Positions 34,160-41,535 of a DNA stretch of 45,777 bases are shown here, piece by piece. The DNA is from a virus, in the IMG/VR virus record IMGVR_UViG_3300044898_000025, positions 1 through 45,777 of that record. One strand, 5' to 3'. Positions within the stretch are counted from its first letter, which is position 1. Each line of letters opens with the position of its first letter. The notes beneath the pieces are model-generated. The model ran no database searches. It had not been told where the DNA came from and was given only the letters and a program-made list of their open reading frames with translations. Position numbers and translations under genes: made by a program.

Positions 34160-34800
34160 ACCGCCCCTGCTCCATCTAGGTCCAGATGGCGGTGTTTCGG
34201 GCACTCAAGTTCCAGCCGCATCAGCACGAAGTCAGGGAGAGAGCCGACGTACTCGATTAGCTCGGGCTCAAGCTCGTCCCAGTAGATGAACTCGGTCCTC
34301 GCCTCGATTTCTTCATGGCCTCGGCGGCAGAGCGGAGCACCCAAGAGCGGGTTGAAGATGATCGCCAGCAAGTCCTTTTCGGGCAGGTAGGAGAGGCGCT
34401 GTCGAAGCACCGACTTGGGCACGAGGTGATGGGCGTCGCGCTGACCTTCGCAGCGGTGCCCCGGCCGCTCCTGCCATGAGAGGAAACAGGCCCGAGTCCG
34501 GCACATCTCGTTGAAGTGAAAGCGGGCCGTCCGTTCCGCCGCACTCTCTCGACGCTGGCTCCGCTTCAGTCCCTTGTGTTTCGGGGTGCTCGAAGCAGCG
34601 CTGGGGCGAGATTGGCGAGTCTCTCCCTGGGACGGCGCCGAACTCATCTCCGCCTCTTCAGGTTTGCCAGCGCTGCTTCCAACCTCCCGAGATTTCAGAG
34701 GCTTGGAATAGGACCAAGGCGCTCCGTGGAGGTCACAGGTCCTCGGTGGGTTCTTCCAGCCGAAGTCGTGGGAGCAGCCGGACGGGCAGGTGAAGATCAC
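34156..34800 (-). CDS. Cys/His-rich protein, possible HNH-like nuclease (214 aa)
   Basis: CEGQRDAHHLVPKS ... CRRGHEE pattern, with additional N-terminal Cys/His residues. The functional assignment is weak. Confidence 0.35.
   Translation of the reverse strand: MIFTCPSGCSHDFGWKNPPRTCDLHGAPWSYSKPLKSREVGSSAGKPEEAEMSSAPSQGETRQSRPSAASSTPKHKGLKRSQRRESAAERTARFHFNEMCRTRACFLSWQERPGHRCEGQRDAHHLVPKSVLRQRLSYLPEKDLLAIIFNPLLGAPLCRRGHEEIEARTEFIYWDELEPELIEYVGSLPDFVLMRLELECPKHRHLDLDGAGAV
34168..34183. repeat. 16-bp direct repeat flanking the methyltransferase gene, copy 2
   Basis: Identical to 32870..32885. It lies 9 nt upstream of the MTase ATG, inside the 3' end of the preceding gene. Confidence 0.8.
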
Positions 34801-35189
34801 GACTGACCCGCCTTTGCGTGGACCGCAGCGGTCTTATGGCAGATGTGGAGGCGACGCCCGATCTCGGCGTAGGAGACGCCTTCCGAGGCGAGTTGCCTGA
34901 TGCGCCGGGCCTTTTGCGGCGTGATTCGCTTGCCGCGACCGCGCTTCGGTGGCTCACAGTAGAGGTCGTCCGGAAGCTCTCCCAGGCAGACACCGATTGA
35001 GCAAAGGAACTGGTCGACGACGTAGACCTGAGCGGGACGGTTACGCCAGCGGCGGACCGTGGACTCCCAGCGATCACCTACCTGTCCTCGCAAGGTCTCG
35101 ACGGGGTTGATGAGACGCCGGTCCTCCAGCCATTCGACGAAACGCGCGCCATCGAGGTAGGTGGCGGTCTCGGGGCTCACGGGGCTCAT
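34797..35189 (-). CDS. DNA-binding protein with C-terminal HTH (130 aa)
   Basis: ITPQKARRIRQLASEGVSYAEIGRRLHICHKTAAVHAK is a typical three-helix HTH of the sigma-region-4 or resolvase type. Confidence 0.6.
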   Translation of the reverse strand: MSPVSPETATYLDGARFVEWLEDRRLINPVETLRGQVGDRWESTVRRWRNRPAQVYVVDQFLCSIGVCLGELPDDLYCEPPKRGRGKRITPQKARRIRQLASEGVSYAEIGRRLHICHKTAAVHAKAGQS

Positions 35190-35914
35190 CGCGGACCGCC
35201 CAGCGACTCCGCGATTACTTCGCGGACGTTCTCCCGCTTTGCCTCGGTGAATTTCTGCTCGTAGAGGCCGGTGATGTTCGGAGCGCGGTCCTGCGCTTGG
35301 ACGATGCGCCGGACCTCCTCGGCAACCTCAATCGCAAACTCGGGATCGACGTCGGCAACGAGGGAAGCGATGGTGCCGAGCTTTGGCGTCGGCCATTCCC
35401 TGCCGAAGTCGTTTTCGTCGAGGGTGTTCAGCCCGCCTTGCAGGATTGAACAAATTCGGTTTGGGAGGTCACCCTTAGGATTTCCATTCCCTTCCCTGTT
35501 CCCTTCCATTCCCTTCCCTTCCTGGGCGGAGGGCTCCGGGAGCGTTCCTGGAGGCTTCGCGGAGGGCGCGGAATCGGCTTGCTCAAGCGGTGGGAGGTCG
35601 CTTTTCCTCGGGTGGCTGATGGCCTGGTGGTCATTGAAGTCGTGGCACTGGATGTAGCGCTCCCCGGAGACTTCATAGCGGTGAATCAGACCCGCGTTGG
35701 AGAGTTCCTGGAGCCACTCCCGTAACGTTCCGGGAGACACGTCCTCGTCGTCTGGGTAGACCTCGCCGATGATCCACTGAGGAAGCTCCTGAAGGCGTCC
35801 CTCGTCGTCTGCGAGGTTCCACAGGTGGATGTTCAGCAGGCGGGCGTCACGGCAGACTGAGCGCGTCTTACGGTGCCTCGGGTACTCCGGCTTGACGGTC
35901 CTGATCCGAGGCAT
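35186..35914 (-). CDS. Putative replication initiator / replisome organiser-like protein (242 aa)
   Basis: N-terminal IRTVKPEYPRHRKTRSV..ARLLNIHLWNLADDEGRL pattern resembles phage wHTH replication proteins, recalled from memory. The position in the early operon fits. Confidence 0.4.
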   Translation of the reverse strand: MPRIRTVKPEYPRHRKTRSVCRDARLLNIHLWNLADDEGRLQELPQWIIGEVYPDDEDVSPGTLREWLQELSNAGLIHRYEVSGERYIQCHDFNDHQAISHPRKSDLPPLEQADSAPSAKPPGTLPEPSAQEGKGMEGNREGNGNPKGDLPNRICSILQGGLNTLDENDFGREWPTPKLGTIASLVADVDPEFAIEVAEEVRRIVQAQDRAPNITGLYEQKFTEAKRENVREVIAESLGGPR

Positions 35915-36286
35915 CTAGGCCACCCAGTCCGCGTCGTAGTCGAACATCGAGGGCACGAGGCGTTCTTCAGGGGCAGCGACAGGGAGTACCGATTCGTCAC
36001 CCTGTTCCTCTCGCAGCCCCGGCCCGCTATATCCGGGGGTTACGGGTTCGCTTTCCAGACGAGCGTGCGTCTTATTGATCGTCTCTACACCACGCCGCTC
36101 CTGAAGCTTGTAGATCACGTAGCGCGGGTCGTCCTCGCAGCGCTCGCTCGTTATTGGGTAGCCCTCGTCTCGAAGCTCCTGAATGCGCGCTGCGACTCTG
36201 GGCATGAAGTCTTGGATGAAGGCCTTGCTGCTGACTCCATCGGGAGCCCCTTGGAGCTTCTGGAGGACTCGCTGTTTCTGGGTCAC
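35915..36286 (-). CDS. Winged-helix DNA-binding protein (123 aa)
   Basis: QRVLQKLQGAPDGVSSKAFIQDFMPRVAARIQELRDEGYPI has a wHTH-like pattern. Confidence 0.45.
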   Translation of the reverse strand: MTQKQRVLQKLQGAPDGVSSKAFIQDFMPRVAARIQELRDEGYPITSERCEDDPRYVIYKLQERRGVETINKTHARLESEPVTPGYSGPGLREEQGDESVLPVAAPEERLVPSMFDYDADWVA

Positions 36287-36510
36287 GACGATGCCTCAAT
36301 CCACTCGCCGTCCATGTAGTTCGGGTGGTCGCGCTCCGGGTCGTACTGGCGTTGGGGGAACCGGCCGTGCCACTTTTCGGTCTCCGGGTCGCAGGCTGAA
36401 CAGAGCGCACGGCCCTCGGTTCCCTTACCTAGCGAGGTCTTACGCAGCCAGAACCGGGACAGCGCCGTGTTCTCGATGCAACCGCACTCTTCGCAGACGA
36501 ACAGGCTCAT
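36283..36510 (-). CDS. Zinc-ribbon protein (75 aa)
   Basis: CEECGC ... CSAC cysteine pairs. Confidence 0.6.
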   Translation of the reverse strand: MSLFVCEECGCIENTALSRFWLRKTSLGKGTEGRALCSACDPETEKWHGRFPQRQYDPERDHPNYMDGEWIEASS

Positions 36511-36737
36511 TAGTACACCCGCCCCTCGTTATCCATGAGCCAGCGGTCCTCGGCCTTTTCCATCTCGTCGCGCTCGGTTTCCCACCGCTCAGGCTCACGG
36601 TCCGTCAACTCCTCAGCAGAAGAGACAGAGGCACCGAAGCAAGCAGGGTCCTCGTAGAGACGCACCATGCGCTCCTCCTCCCAAGTGGACTGGATGCCCT
36701 TGGGAGCGTCATCGAGGTATGAGCGAGGGCGGAACAT
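36510..36737 (-). CDS. Hypothetical acidic protein (75 aa from ATG 36737; track start 36785)
   Basis: The MFRPRSYLDD... start forms a TGATG overlap with the hand-found 47-aa ORF. The alternative is the longer 91-aa version. Confidence 0.5.
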   Translation of the reverse strand: MFRPRSYLDDAPKGIQSTWEEERMVRLYEDPACFGASVSSAEELTDREPERWETERDEMEKAEDRWLMDNEGRVY

Positions 36738-36880
36738 CAGCGCTTTTGCCGTTCCCAACAGGGGACCAACATGCCCTCTCGGCATCGACGGCGGACCTCG
36801 CGCGTGGCAGAGCGCTTCTCCCTCGCGTTGCCGGACGCTGCCAGTTCGCGAAGCTCTTTCATGGTCATGTGCGGCGCCAT
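36737..36880 (-). CDS. Hypothetical small basic protein (47 aa)
   Basis: Hand-translated as MAPHMTMKELRELAASGNAREKRSATREVRRRCREGMLVPCWERQKR*. It has a TGATG overlap with the SSB-like gene. It competes with the longer form of the next gene. Confidence 0.3.
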   Translation of the reverse strand: MAPHMTMKELRELAASGNAREKRSATREVRRRCREGMLVPCWERQKR

Positions 36881-37740
36881 CAGAACGGAATTTCTTCGTC
36901 GGTCGAGTCAGCCTTCGGAAGCGGACCGCCGAGGTGCTTTTCCGTATTCGACTTCAGCGCCTCGAGCGTCTTCGCTTGAAGGCCCGCTCCTGGGTCGGTG
37001 AGATTGCGAATCGCCTTCAGCACCCGCTCCTCTGGAAGCTCCGTAGCCATCCAGAGAGCCACTGAGGACCGTGCTCCGGCGTTCACCAGCCCAGCGGTGT
37101 CGAGGGCCTTTTCGATCTCTCCCTCGTCGATGACGGCTGAGGGCTGCTCAGGACGCGGGGCCACTATGTCAGGCGGCGATGGGGGAGTAGCCGCACCCTT
37201 CGCGGTGGCCGCGCCCTGAGCAGCCTTCTCACCTGCTTCGTTTACGTCTCTCTCGAAGAAGTCGGTCCAGTCGATGACGACGGCCTTGAGGGAGGCCTTG
37301 TCGAGGGAGGCGCTGTCAGAGCACGGGAGCCCCAGGAGAGCGATCGCCATGTCCTGCGCGTGCGCTCGACCGATGCGGGCGGTTTTCTCCGGGTCGTACT
37401 GGCTCTCGGGCTTCCAGCCTCCGCCGCTGCTGGCCTTGGATTCAGCCGAGCTCCCCGATGGGCGTGACGAGGACCCGCTGCCGTTCTCCTTCATGGCGGT
37501 GTAATCCATCTTCAGTTTCTCCCCCCCGCGACCGTCCGGAAGGATGTCCCCCCAGATCGCTTCACCCTCCTTCGGTTCGTTGTGGGAGCCGTCGTCCTTG
37601 AGCTTGCGGTTGGACGTGACGCCCATCTCCAAGGTGCCGTCAGCGAGCTTAAGGTCGAGCGAGTACGCCTGGTTCTTGCCGAATTTGCCCTCCCACTCGT
37701 TTTCCTTCGTGACGCGGGCGATCGTCATTGGCTGGCTCAC
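36880..37740 (-). CDS. SSB-like protein with acidic C-terminal tip DEEIPF (286 aa)
   Basis: The C-terminus ...STDEEIPF* mimics the bacterial SSB tip (DDDIPF). A Gly/Ser-rich linker is present, and the N-terminal ~100 aa are compatible with an OB fold. Confidence 0.6.
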   Translation of the reverse strand: MSQPMTIARVTKENEWEGKFGKNQAYSLDLKLADGTLEMGVTSNRKLKDDGSHNEPKEGEAIWGDILPDGRGGEKLKMDYTAMKENGSGSSSRPSGSSAESKASSGGGWKPESQYDPEKTARIGRAHAQDMAIALLGLPCSDSASLDKASLKAVVIDWTDFFERDVNEAGEKAAQGAATAKGAATPPSPPDIVAPRPEQPSAVIDEGEIEKALDTAGLVNAGARSSVALWMATELPEERVLKAIRNLTDPGAGLQAKTLEALKSNTEKHLGGPLPKADSTDEEIPF

Positions 37741-38123
37741 GACAGGCCCCTCTCTCCTAGGTCTTCACGGATGCAGTCCAGTTCTGAGAGCAGGAGCAGG
37801 TAGCGGACGCCCATGCGGCTCCTGCCACTGCGGCGGGCGATTTTCTCGGCGTGGGAGATCGCCGACCGGGCGTCTCTCACAAGCTCCAGTTCGTCGGCAG
37901 GGCGAGCCTGTACGGCGCTCTCAAGCTCCTTGATGAGGATCGTGGCGCGACGCTCCTTTGACTCAGCGACGGCCATTGCGGCGGCGGGGTGAACGTTGCG
38001 AAGGAGTTCCATCGCGCTTCGCAAGTAGTCGGCGTCCCGTTCAGCGACGGCGCGCCCCTGCCGCTGCCGGTCGAGTTCGCGTTCCAAATATTCCCGCGAG
38101 ACAAGCTGCTCCTGCGCCCTCAC
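37737..38123 (-). CDS. First gene of the early/replication operon, helical protein (128 aa, GTG start)
   Basis: ORF directly downstream of the non-coding attP-candidate region. Confidence 0.6.
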   Translation of the reverse strand: MRAQEQLVSREYLERELDRQRQGRAVAERDADYLRSAMELLRNVHPAAAMAVAESKERRATILIKELESAVQARPADELELVRDARSAISHAEKIARRSGRSRMGVRYLLLLSELDCIREDLGERGLS

Positions 38124-38486
38124 GACCGCTCACCCCGCTCCGGATACCAGCGAACCTCACCGCTCCGATAGAGGTCGTGGAGACGACGGACGCGACGCTT
38201 ACGCAGTCCCTCAGTCCCAGCCTTGGAGGCCATAGGAGGACCCGCGTAGGGCTTCGGGCGCGGGCCACTCACGACGCGCCGCCTATGTGTCTATGGGAAC
38301 CCTCGGCCTTGTGTCGCGTTTGTGTCGCAACGGCTGCGGAACCTTGCGGTTTCGTGCGGCTGTAGGCGACGGCCCGTTTGAGATTTGGCCTTGCAGAGCC
38401 AGAACCGGAAAGTCGGGGAGACAGGCTCAACTCGGCGCCACAAGCGCGATTCCTCTGTTTCTGTGTCGCCAAGGTGTCTCGCTTTC
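38124..38486. other. Non-coding region downstream of int: candidate attP with repeated TGTGTCGC motifs
   Basis: No credible long ORF. TGTGTCGC occurs at 38310, 38321 and 38462, and TGTGTC at 38286, all in the same orientation. The region is adjacent to the integrase stop codon. Confidence 0.45.
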
Positions 38487-39512
38487 CTAGTCGTTGACTG
38501 CTCGTAGGTGCCGAACGTTGTTGCCGTAGCCCTGCTCAAGCTCGTCCAGCGCGCCGACATCTCCGTGCCCGTAGACCATCTCGACAAGCCTTGGACTGGA
38601 GTGCCCGAGCTGCGCTGCCACCACGCGCGACGGGAAGCCCATTCGCACGTAGAGATGGTGAGCGCAGAAGTGGCGAAGCTCATGGGGCGTCACGTCGGTG
38701 CCGTAGGCCGAGACGATCTTCTGCCAGTAGTAGGTGAGGACGGTCTGGGTGATCTGGCCGCCGCGTTTGGCCGTAAAGATCCAGTCGCTTGAGCGGTCCA
38801 GCCCGAGCAGCGCATCGCGCGCCTCGGGCAGCAGGACAATCTCCCGTTTCTTGTTCGCCTTCGGGAGGTCCATCTGGCCCCGGTAGAGCCGCCGGCGGAC
38901 CATCACCCTGTTGCGGTTGAAGTCCACGTCGCCCCACTTAAGAGCGAAGACCTCCCCAACTCGCATCCCGGTGTAAGCGGTGAAGATGACGAAGGCCCGC
39001 ATTCCGGCGCCGTGCTTTTCCTCGGCGGCGCTCGCCAGCCTCTCCAGGTCCTCGACGGTCAACGGGTCCTTGTCGGCGCGACCTCGGGACTTGCGGCTCT
39101 GCCCGCGCATCTCGTTTCGGTCGACCAAGCCCTCATCAAGAGCGGCGTTCAGCATCGTCACCACGGGCGGGACGGCCCAACGGTTAGCCGAGGCCCAGTC
39201 GGTTGACTCCTCGCGGCCAATGCTCTGAAGCGAGCGAGAGCCGAAGGTCTTCAACCAGTGGTCGATTCCCGCCTCGGCGTGGTCGTAGCTGGAAATCTTG
39301 CGCGTTTCCGCATACCCAGCGAGGTAGCGCTTGGCGAAGGTCTTGGCCTGCACCTTCTCCGGCGCACGACGCGAGAGGCGGAACTGCGCCTCGTCGTCCT
39401 TGGCCTCTTTGCGCGTATCGCGCGAGGCCAGCAGCTTGTACTTGCCGTCGCCCAAGTGGACCCTGGCGGCGTAGCGTTTGCCCTTCTTGGTCTGCGTGAC
39501 TCGGATGCTCAT
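38487..39512 (-). CDS. int: Tyrosine recombinase / phage integrase (341 aa from ATG 39512)
   Basis: C-terminal HELRHFCAHHLY...LGHSSPRLVEMVYGH carries the R..HxxR..Y catalytic pattern. The MSIRVTQTKKGKRYAARV start forms an ATGA overlap with the excisionase gene. Confidence 0.9.
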   Translation of the reverse strand: MSIRVTQTKKGKRYAARVHLGDGKYKLLASRDTRKEAKDDEAQFRLSRRAPEKVQAKTFAKRYLAGYAETRKISSYDHAEAGIDHWLKTFGSRSLQSIGREESTDWASANRWAVPPVVTMLNAALDEGLVDRNEMRGQSRKSRGRADKDPLTVEDLERLASAAEEKHGAGMRAFVIFTAYTGMRVGEVFALKWGDVDFNRNRVMVRRRLYRGQMDLPKANKKREIVLLPEARDALLGLDRSSDWIFTAKRGGQITQTVLTYYWQKIVSAYGTDVTPHELRHFCAHHLYVRMGFPSRVVAAQLGHSSPRLVEMVYGHGDVGALDELEQGYGNNVRHLRAVND

Positions 39513-39703
39513 CCGTCCTCCTCGATGTGGCCCTCGCGAATCAGCCAATCCTCGCATTGAGAAATCTGAAAACGGCGGGCTCGCCCGAAGCGCTTGGAAG
39601 GCATCCCGTCTCGCAGCCGGTATTCGACCCAGCGTCGCGACATTCGGAAGTGCGCCGCGAACTCGTCTATCGAGACGTAGGGCTCGAGGGTCGTAACGCT
39701 CAC
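39509..39703 (-). CDS. xis: Excisionase / AlpA-like HTH protein (64 aa)
   Basis: VSIDEFAAHFRMSRRWVEYRLRDGMPSKRFGRARRF is a typical MerR-type excisionase HTH. It lies immediately upstream of int. Confidence 0.7.
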   Translation of the reverse strand: MSVTTLEPYVSIDEFAAHFRMSRRWVEYRLRDGMPSKRFGRARRFQISQCEDWLIREGHIEEDG

Positions 39704-40047
39704 GGCCCCTCCTTGAGCGCCTGCTGGGCACGGGAGATCATTCCCTCGCTCAGCCCCACGCTCAACATCTCTCGTAGCGTCAGGCGCGCGGCAGCGTCGG
39801 CCACCGGAGTCAGGGCCTTTTTCAGCCGCGCGACTTCGTCGCCGCGGTCATCGCTGCGGAGGAGGTCACGAACCGCCCGCACGGCCTCTTTAGCCATCGT
39901 CGCCGAGGACATGCCTTCTGGATCTGCACCGGTAGCGCAGTAGCACTCGGCAAGCTCTCCAAGTAGACGCTTGACCTCAGCCTCCGCTTTCTCCGCCCGA
40001 GTGATGGGGCCTTCGACCATGCGCGAGGTGTATTCCTGCGAAGGCAT
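39700..40047 (-). CDS. Helical protein sharing the LAECY-TG-DP-G domain with the 27489..27962 product (115 aa)
   Basis: Alignment by eye with the paralog. There is a 4-nt overlap with xis. Confidence 0.6.
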   Translation of the reverse strand: MPSQEYTSRMVEGPITRAEKAEAEVKRLLGELAECYCATGADPEGMSSATMAKEAVRAVRDLLRSDDRGDEVARLKKALTPVADAAARLTLREMLSVGLSEGMISRAQQALKEGP

Positions 40048-40872
40048 TTAGGCGGCGAGGTCCTCAAGCTCGGCGATGAGACGGTCTGCCTCACGTTCAA
40101 ACCCGGCGGACTCGGCGGACCACGCGGCGGACCACGCGGCGGACTCGGCGGACCTCGCGGCGGACTCGGCGGACCTCGCGGCGGACCACGCGGCGGACTC
40201 GGCGGACCTCGCGGCGGACTCGGCGGACCTCGCGGCGGACCACGCGGCGGACTCGGCGGACCACGCGGCGGACCTCGCGGCGGACTCGGCGGACCACGCG
40301 GCGGACCACGCGGCGGACCACGCGGCGGACCTCGCGGCGGACCTCGCGGCGGACCTCGCGGCGGACCTCGCGGCGGACTCGGCGGACCTCGCGGCGGACC
40401 TCTCCTCCTCCTTGCCGCTTTCCAGTGCCGCGATCACCTGCTCGATCGCGGCGACGACCTGTGCTCGGACCGAATCGGGCCAGTCGCCGCTGAGCGGCAG
40501 GCATTCCTCCTTCAGCCGTCGAATCGCGAGGCGGTCGGCGAGACCGTCGAACTCGACGCCGACTGGGATCGCGTCGATGAACCGCTCCGGCCAGAGCTTC
40601 GCCTTCTCCTTCGGCAGGCCCTCGAAGATCCCGTCCTCAAGGTGGGCGAGCCACTCCGGGATTCCCCAGCGCTCGGGGTAGAGGTGGTGGCCGCCTTCAG
40701 GGTCGTGGGTGAGGCAGCCGACCGCGCAGTAACGGCCGCCCTCCTTGTCGGCGTAGACGCCCTGGACCAACTCGTCGGCCTCACGGTGCAGCTGCACCTG
40801 CGCCAGCGTTTTCTCCTTCAGTCCCTCGTCGCTGTGGTAGGCGCGAAGGTCGTCCCGATCGTCGGTGGTCAT
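40048..40872 (-). CDS. Protein with globular N-terminal domain and ~100-aa C-terminal Ser/Ala repeat array (274 aa)
   Basis: The ORF is in the only frame that gives a normal N-terminal domain. The C-terminus is built from ESA / ARSA / AWSA modules. ATGA overlap with the RHH gene. Confidence 0.75.
   Translation of the reverse strand: MTTDDRDDLRAYHSDEGLKEKTLAQVQLHREADELVQGVYADKEGGRYCAVGCLTHDPEGGHHLYPERWGIPEWLAHLEDGIFEGLPKEKAKLWPERFIDAIPVGVEFDGLADRLAIRRLKEECLPLSGDWPDSVRAQVVAAIEQVIAALESGKEEERSAARSAESAARSAARSAARSAARSAAWSAAWSAAWSAESAARSAAWSAESAAWSAARSAESAARSAESAAWSAARSAESAARSAESAAWSAAWSAESAGFEREADRLIAELEDLAA
40105..40402. repeat. Tandem array of 27 modules of three types sharing the core ggcggac (9-nt ggcggactc x8, 12-nt ggcggaccacgc x8, 12-nt ggcggacctcgc x10 plus one partial)
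   Basis: Counted module by module from the sequence. The array lies inside the 40048..40872 CDS. Confidence 0.95.
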
Positions 40873-41039
40873 GCAGGTATCTCCTTCTCTGACTCGCGGA
40901 TCTGAAGGTGCCTCTGAAGCGCCTCGCCAAGGACGAAGGAACGCGACCTCCGTTCCTGCTCACACCGCTCGTCGAGGCGCCTCAGAATGTCGTCATCGAC
41001 GCGGGTGCTGATCTGGGTGAGGTCTGCCGTCTGGGCCAT
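40869..41039 (-). CDS. Ribbon-helix-helix (CopG/Arc-type) regulator, first gene of the int-proximal operon (56 aa)
   Basis: Hand-translated as MAQTADLTQISTRVDDDILRRLDERCEQERRSRSFVLGEALQRHLQIRESEKEIPA*, which shows the RHH pattern. It is below the track size cutoff and divergent from the XRE gene. Confidence 0.65.
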   Translation of the reverse strand: MAQTADLTQISTRVDDDILRRLDERCEQERRSRSFVLGEALQRHLQIRESEKEIPA

Positions 41040-41091
41040 CGCCTGACCGACGGTACCAGATTGGTAGAAGTTCTGTCAACCCGGTATAACT
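41040..41091. promoter_or_regulatory. Divergent regulatory region (genetic-switch candidate) between the RHH and XRE genes
   Basis: Palindrome taccaGATtggta (41054..41066) overlaps a -35-like TTGGTA. TTGGTA-N18-TATAAC faces the XRE gene. A perfect TTGACA (complement of 41074..41079) faces the RHH gene. CCCGGTAT is repeated at 41080 and 41125. Confidence 0.4.
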
Positions 41092-41535
41092 TTGGCCGAA
41101 TTGGCACGCATGTTCGGAACTTTTCCCGGTATTGTCGCCGCCTCAATGGCGGGAGAACTCAGCGATGACGAGTTGGGCAAGCGCCTAAGCGCGGGCCGTG
41201 GTTACCGGCGGGAAACGCTGACGGCCTTCGCCGAACGCATCGACGTGGAGCGTCACGACCTGAGCAAATGGGAGCGCGGCGAGTTCGGCAGCGAGAACCG
41301 TTTGCGAACTAGCAACCGCAAGCGCGACGATGCGGTCAAGCGAGTGATCCAGGGCTCGGGTCTGCCTCCCGAGTTCTTTTCTATCGACCTTCAGCGGCTT
41401 CCGGACATGGTCACTGCATGGCAGCAAGTTCAGGCCGAGACTCCGGCCCAGCGGGACGCGGCACTAGAGAGAGATGAGAGCATGACTCTGCCGCCCTCGC
41501 CCAGCGCGAAGCCGAGCGGAGAGCAAGCGCCCTGA
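41092..41535 (+). CDS. XRE-family HTH regulator (CI/Cro-like); start uncertain (TTG 41092, ATG 41110 or ATG 41146)
   Basis: LGKRLSAGRGYRRETLTAFAERIDVERHDLSKWERGE is the classic HTH_3 pattern. It is on the plus strand, divergent from the RHH-xis-int operon. Confidence 0.75.
   Translation: MAELARMFGTFPGIVAASMAGELSDDELGKRLSAGRGYRRETLTAFAERIDVERHDLSKWERGEFGSENRLRTSNRKRDDAVKRVIQGSGLPPEFFSIDLQRLPDMVTAWQQVQAETPAQRDAALERDESMTLPPSPSAKPSGEQAP

Noticed and set aside
38120-38233. A 37-aa ORF (MASKAGTEGLRKRRVRRLHDLYRSGEVRWYPERGERS) with a GTGA overlap to the first early gene
   Set aside because: It has no SD (the upstream sequence is CCTCCT), it is very short, and it lies in the attP-candidate region. 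It is left unannotated.
40105-40402. The tandem 9/12-nt repeat array as a CRISPR array or non-coding satellite
   Set aside because: There are no spacers and the units are only 9-12 nt and directly abutting. The array is in frame within a CDS that has a normal N-terminal domain.
40076-40681. Track ORFs 40076..40681 (+, ADSADLAADH repeats), 40097..40504 (-, VRREVRR repeats) and 40512..40784 (-)
   Set aside because: These are alternative-frame or antisense readings of the same repeat array. Only the 40048..40872 frame joins the repeats to a globular domain and is translationally coupled to both neighbours.
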